This document shows, in pieces, positions 59,562-62,000 of a stretch of 62,000 nucleotides of DNA (position 1 is its first letter; the number at the start of each line of letters is the position of its first letter). The notes below the pieces were generated by a model, which ran no database searches, was not told where the DNA came from, and saw only the letters and a program-made list of their open reading frames with translations. The position numbers and the translations under genes were made by a program. The DNA comes from Lama guanicoe. Its lineage: Eukaryota. The stretch is from positions 1,204,485-1,266,484 of the forward strand of contig MU053431.1 in the NCBI GenBank assembly GCA_013239625.1, given 5' to 3'.

Positions 59562-60129
59562 GCGAGGCCGGTCCCTCCACCGGGGGGCCCTTTCCTCCAG
59601 GCGCCGCGCTGCCCACGACAGGTCTTCGACCCTTACTTACAATTTCTTTACGCCCCCGGCAGACACCCTTAACCGCGGGGTCCCTCCTCCAGACCAGTCC
59701 TCTGGTGACTGCGTTTCCTTGTTTGGAACAACTATGTCAGTTTTCTTGGTTTTCCCTGAGTCTCCGTAACAGCCCTACTGCAGCACTGCGTGTATGAGAC
59801 AGACAGCACCCTGAAAAGGCTGTGATGAAAACGTACAGTTTAGAGGAGCGCGGAGGAAAACGGGGCTCCGTCTCGGGAGCTGCTGTGCACCTGGGCTGCC
59901 CGCAGGCCGAGTCTCTAGTAAGACGGCTGGGCAGGGAGTGCAGGGGGGCTCTCCTCCTGCCTCCAGGACAGATGGACAGCGCCTGGCCTCGGGGCTCGGG
60001 GACTCTCCTGCCGCTCGGAGAGAATAAAGCACTACCTAAACAACGGGCCGGACGTCTTCAGTGGCACCTGCTGCAATTCTGGACCGGGTTTGACGTTCCT
60101 ACTTGAAAAATAGTTCCACGGCCAAAAAT

Positions 60130-60240
60130 GGCTGGGACAAGGGTGAGGCGCTCACTTCAGGCACAGAATTTAAAGGATGCTACAAATCAGAAATCAAGGT
60201 AAGTAACATTTTAATGCAGAATTTTTTAGAAATCGAAAGT
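60130..60240 (+). mobile_element. MER96B-like hAT DNA transposon fragment
   Basis: GGGACAAGGGTGAGGCG...CAGGCACAGAATTTAAAGG...AATCAAGGTAAGTAACATTTTAATGCA resembles the MER96B 5' end. Confidence 0.6.
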
Positions 60241-61704
60241 GGTGCCAGAAAATCCAGACAGGCAAGTGTCAGCACAGCCCACGGGGGAGGGGACGGCACT
60301 GTCACACGCGGACGGTTCTGTGGACGTTAATAAAAAGCCTGCGATGCTTCAGTTACTTCTAATTCCACGAGGCGAGTGCCACCCTTTAACTGGATGGCTC
60401 TGGGGCGTCCTGGCCACGGGAAGGGGTCACAGGAACCCCGCGCCCAGCCTGGAAGTGGGAGAACCCAGCGCCCCATGGGGGAAGCCCGAGGGAGCGGCCA
60501 GCAAGGACCAGAGGCCACAGGAAACCGCAGGGCCGTGGGCGTCCACCCAGGAGGGGGCAGGGTGGCGCCGACTCACACAGCATCCGCCCACAGGCGCAGG
60601 GGCGAGTCGGTCTGCTCTGTTCCGCTTGGTATCTGCAGGCCGTGGAGGAACACTAGCTTCCTCCCCCCCAAGCGTTACTGTGAACACTCACTCAGCCCTG
60701 TCACAGGACTGTCCAAAGGGTCAACAAAAAGAGGCTGCTCCTTCCTCTGAAGGCAATCTCTCCACGGCCAGAAACGCCACAACCAACCTGACAGGCAACA
60801 AACATGAGATGTAGGAACCAAACGGAGAAGATCAGCTTCCGTCCACTCTCCACCTGGCTCACGGGGCCACTGTGCTCGGGACCCCAGGGCTGTGCACAAG
60901 CGGAGCTGGCAGCTGGTGCTGGGAGCGCCGGCCCCGGGACTGCTGGGGGCTCCCGCTGCAGGGCCGTCTCTGCTCCCCTGGAGCCCACCGAGCAACGGCG
61001 GGGAAATGAGGGCGTCTCTACCCAGCCGGGCTGTCCCTGCGTCCCAGGCGGGGAGCAATTTGGGTCAAAGTGCCAACAGCACAGGCTCCCACGGGCTCGT
61101 TCTGCTCCCTGTGCGCAGCGTGGCTCCTAAACTCGTCCGCACCCGCCACGTCCTCATCGTGCACAAGGACACGGTGCAGAACAGCAGTAACAGAGACACT
61201 CGAGCACCCGGCTCGTGAGCACAGACGTCCCTCACCGCAGCCGAACACAAGGTCACCCAGTGCCCCCCCCAGTCTCCCCAAAACCATGCAGAACAGGAGG
61301 GGACACAGAGGCCTACTGGACGCACCGCCTCAGCACAGGTGAGGACGAGGCGCACCCAGACTTCATGAGAAGCATTGACACATCCCAGGCGGGGTCCCAC
61401 TGCGCCCCCACAAGGCCAAGCAGCAGAGACGGAGCCAGGAGGGGGCAAGGGGACTGGAAGGGCCAGAGGGGCTGGTCCTCCGCACCAGAGCGCCAGGCAC
61501 CCAGAGCGGACGTGGAGGGGCGGAGCGAGATGTGAGACAAGCCCCTCGAAACTGGGCAGCGGCAGGGAGAGAAGTATTGGGGTGGAGGGTCCTGCAAGTC
61601 AGAGCCTCGCTGCCAAAACCGCAGACAGACATTTGGGGACCCAGCGGACTCTGCAGAGCCGCCAGGAGGGGGCGCCATCACACCGGAGTCTTGTAAACAC
61701 CCCA

Positions 61705-62000
61705 AACCACAAAAAAACGAAGGGCAAGGTAGCAAATCCATAAAGAGCCACTGCAAAAAATCAGAAAATGAAGTTCCACGCTTGTCAGAGACAAACAATC
61801 TGGAAAAAACAAGAAAACTGTAAGACAACACATCCAACAAAAAAATAAACCTTTGAGGACACGAGAATCACCTGAATCAAAAACTCAAAACTTAGGGGGA
61901 AAAGGTGATAAATCACAGAGAAAAAAATGTGACAATAAGTGTGTATATGTCCATGAATGACTGAAAAATTGTGCTGAACACTGGAATTTGACACAACACT
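61705..62000 (+). mobile_element. A-rich old LINE-like (L1/HAL1 ORF1) fragment
   Basis: Abrupt switch to strongly A-rich, strand-asymmetric composition; no diagnostic motif recognised. Confidence 0.3.

Noticed and set aside
58633..62000. Further TAF4 exons
   Set aside because: No TAF4-like coding sequence recognised; consistent with a long final intron extending beyond the window.

Overview
Very GC-rich mammalian genomic DNA, probably camelid (alpaca/camel-type tRNA-Ala-derived SINE at ~1940-2112), from a draft assembly with two N-gaps. The + strand carries the 3' half of CDH4 (cadherin-4/R-cadherin): nine coding exons (human-numbering exons 8-16, 11189-42077) with canonical AG/GT junctions that splice into one open frame running from the end of EC2 through EC3-EC5, the transmembrane helix and the p120- and beta-catenin-binding tail. 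A ~3.9 kb 3' UTR ends near AATAAA at 45933. Convergent on the - strand is the last exon of TAF4 (CDS 58632-58465; 3' UTR to ~57148), matching the known CDH4-TAF4 synteny. A near-complete but decayed 5.9 kb LINE-1 lies antisense in CDH4 intron 9; it lacks its poly(A) end but appears to have a 6-bp target-site duplication. Many old repeats are also present (MLT1, MER2B, MER45A, MER58, MER96B, MIR, L2, L1M). Almost all six-frame ORFs are chance products of GC-rich sequence. I found no convincing new biological system. The best leads are the unusual L1 insertion and its possible gene-breaking effect on CDH4, a CPE/Pumilio/hexamer cluster at the TAF4 3' end, strong CTCF and RFX motifs, and several homeobox-motif-rich candidate enhancers. 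Repeat subfamily names and human comparisons come from remembered consensus sequences and were not searched.
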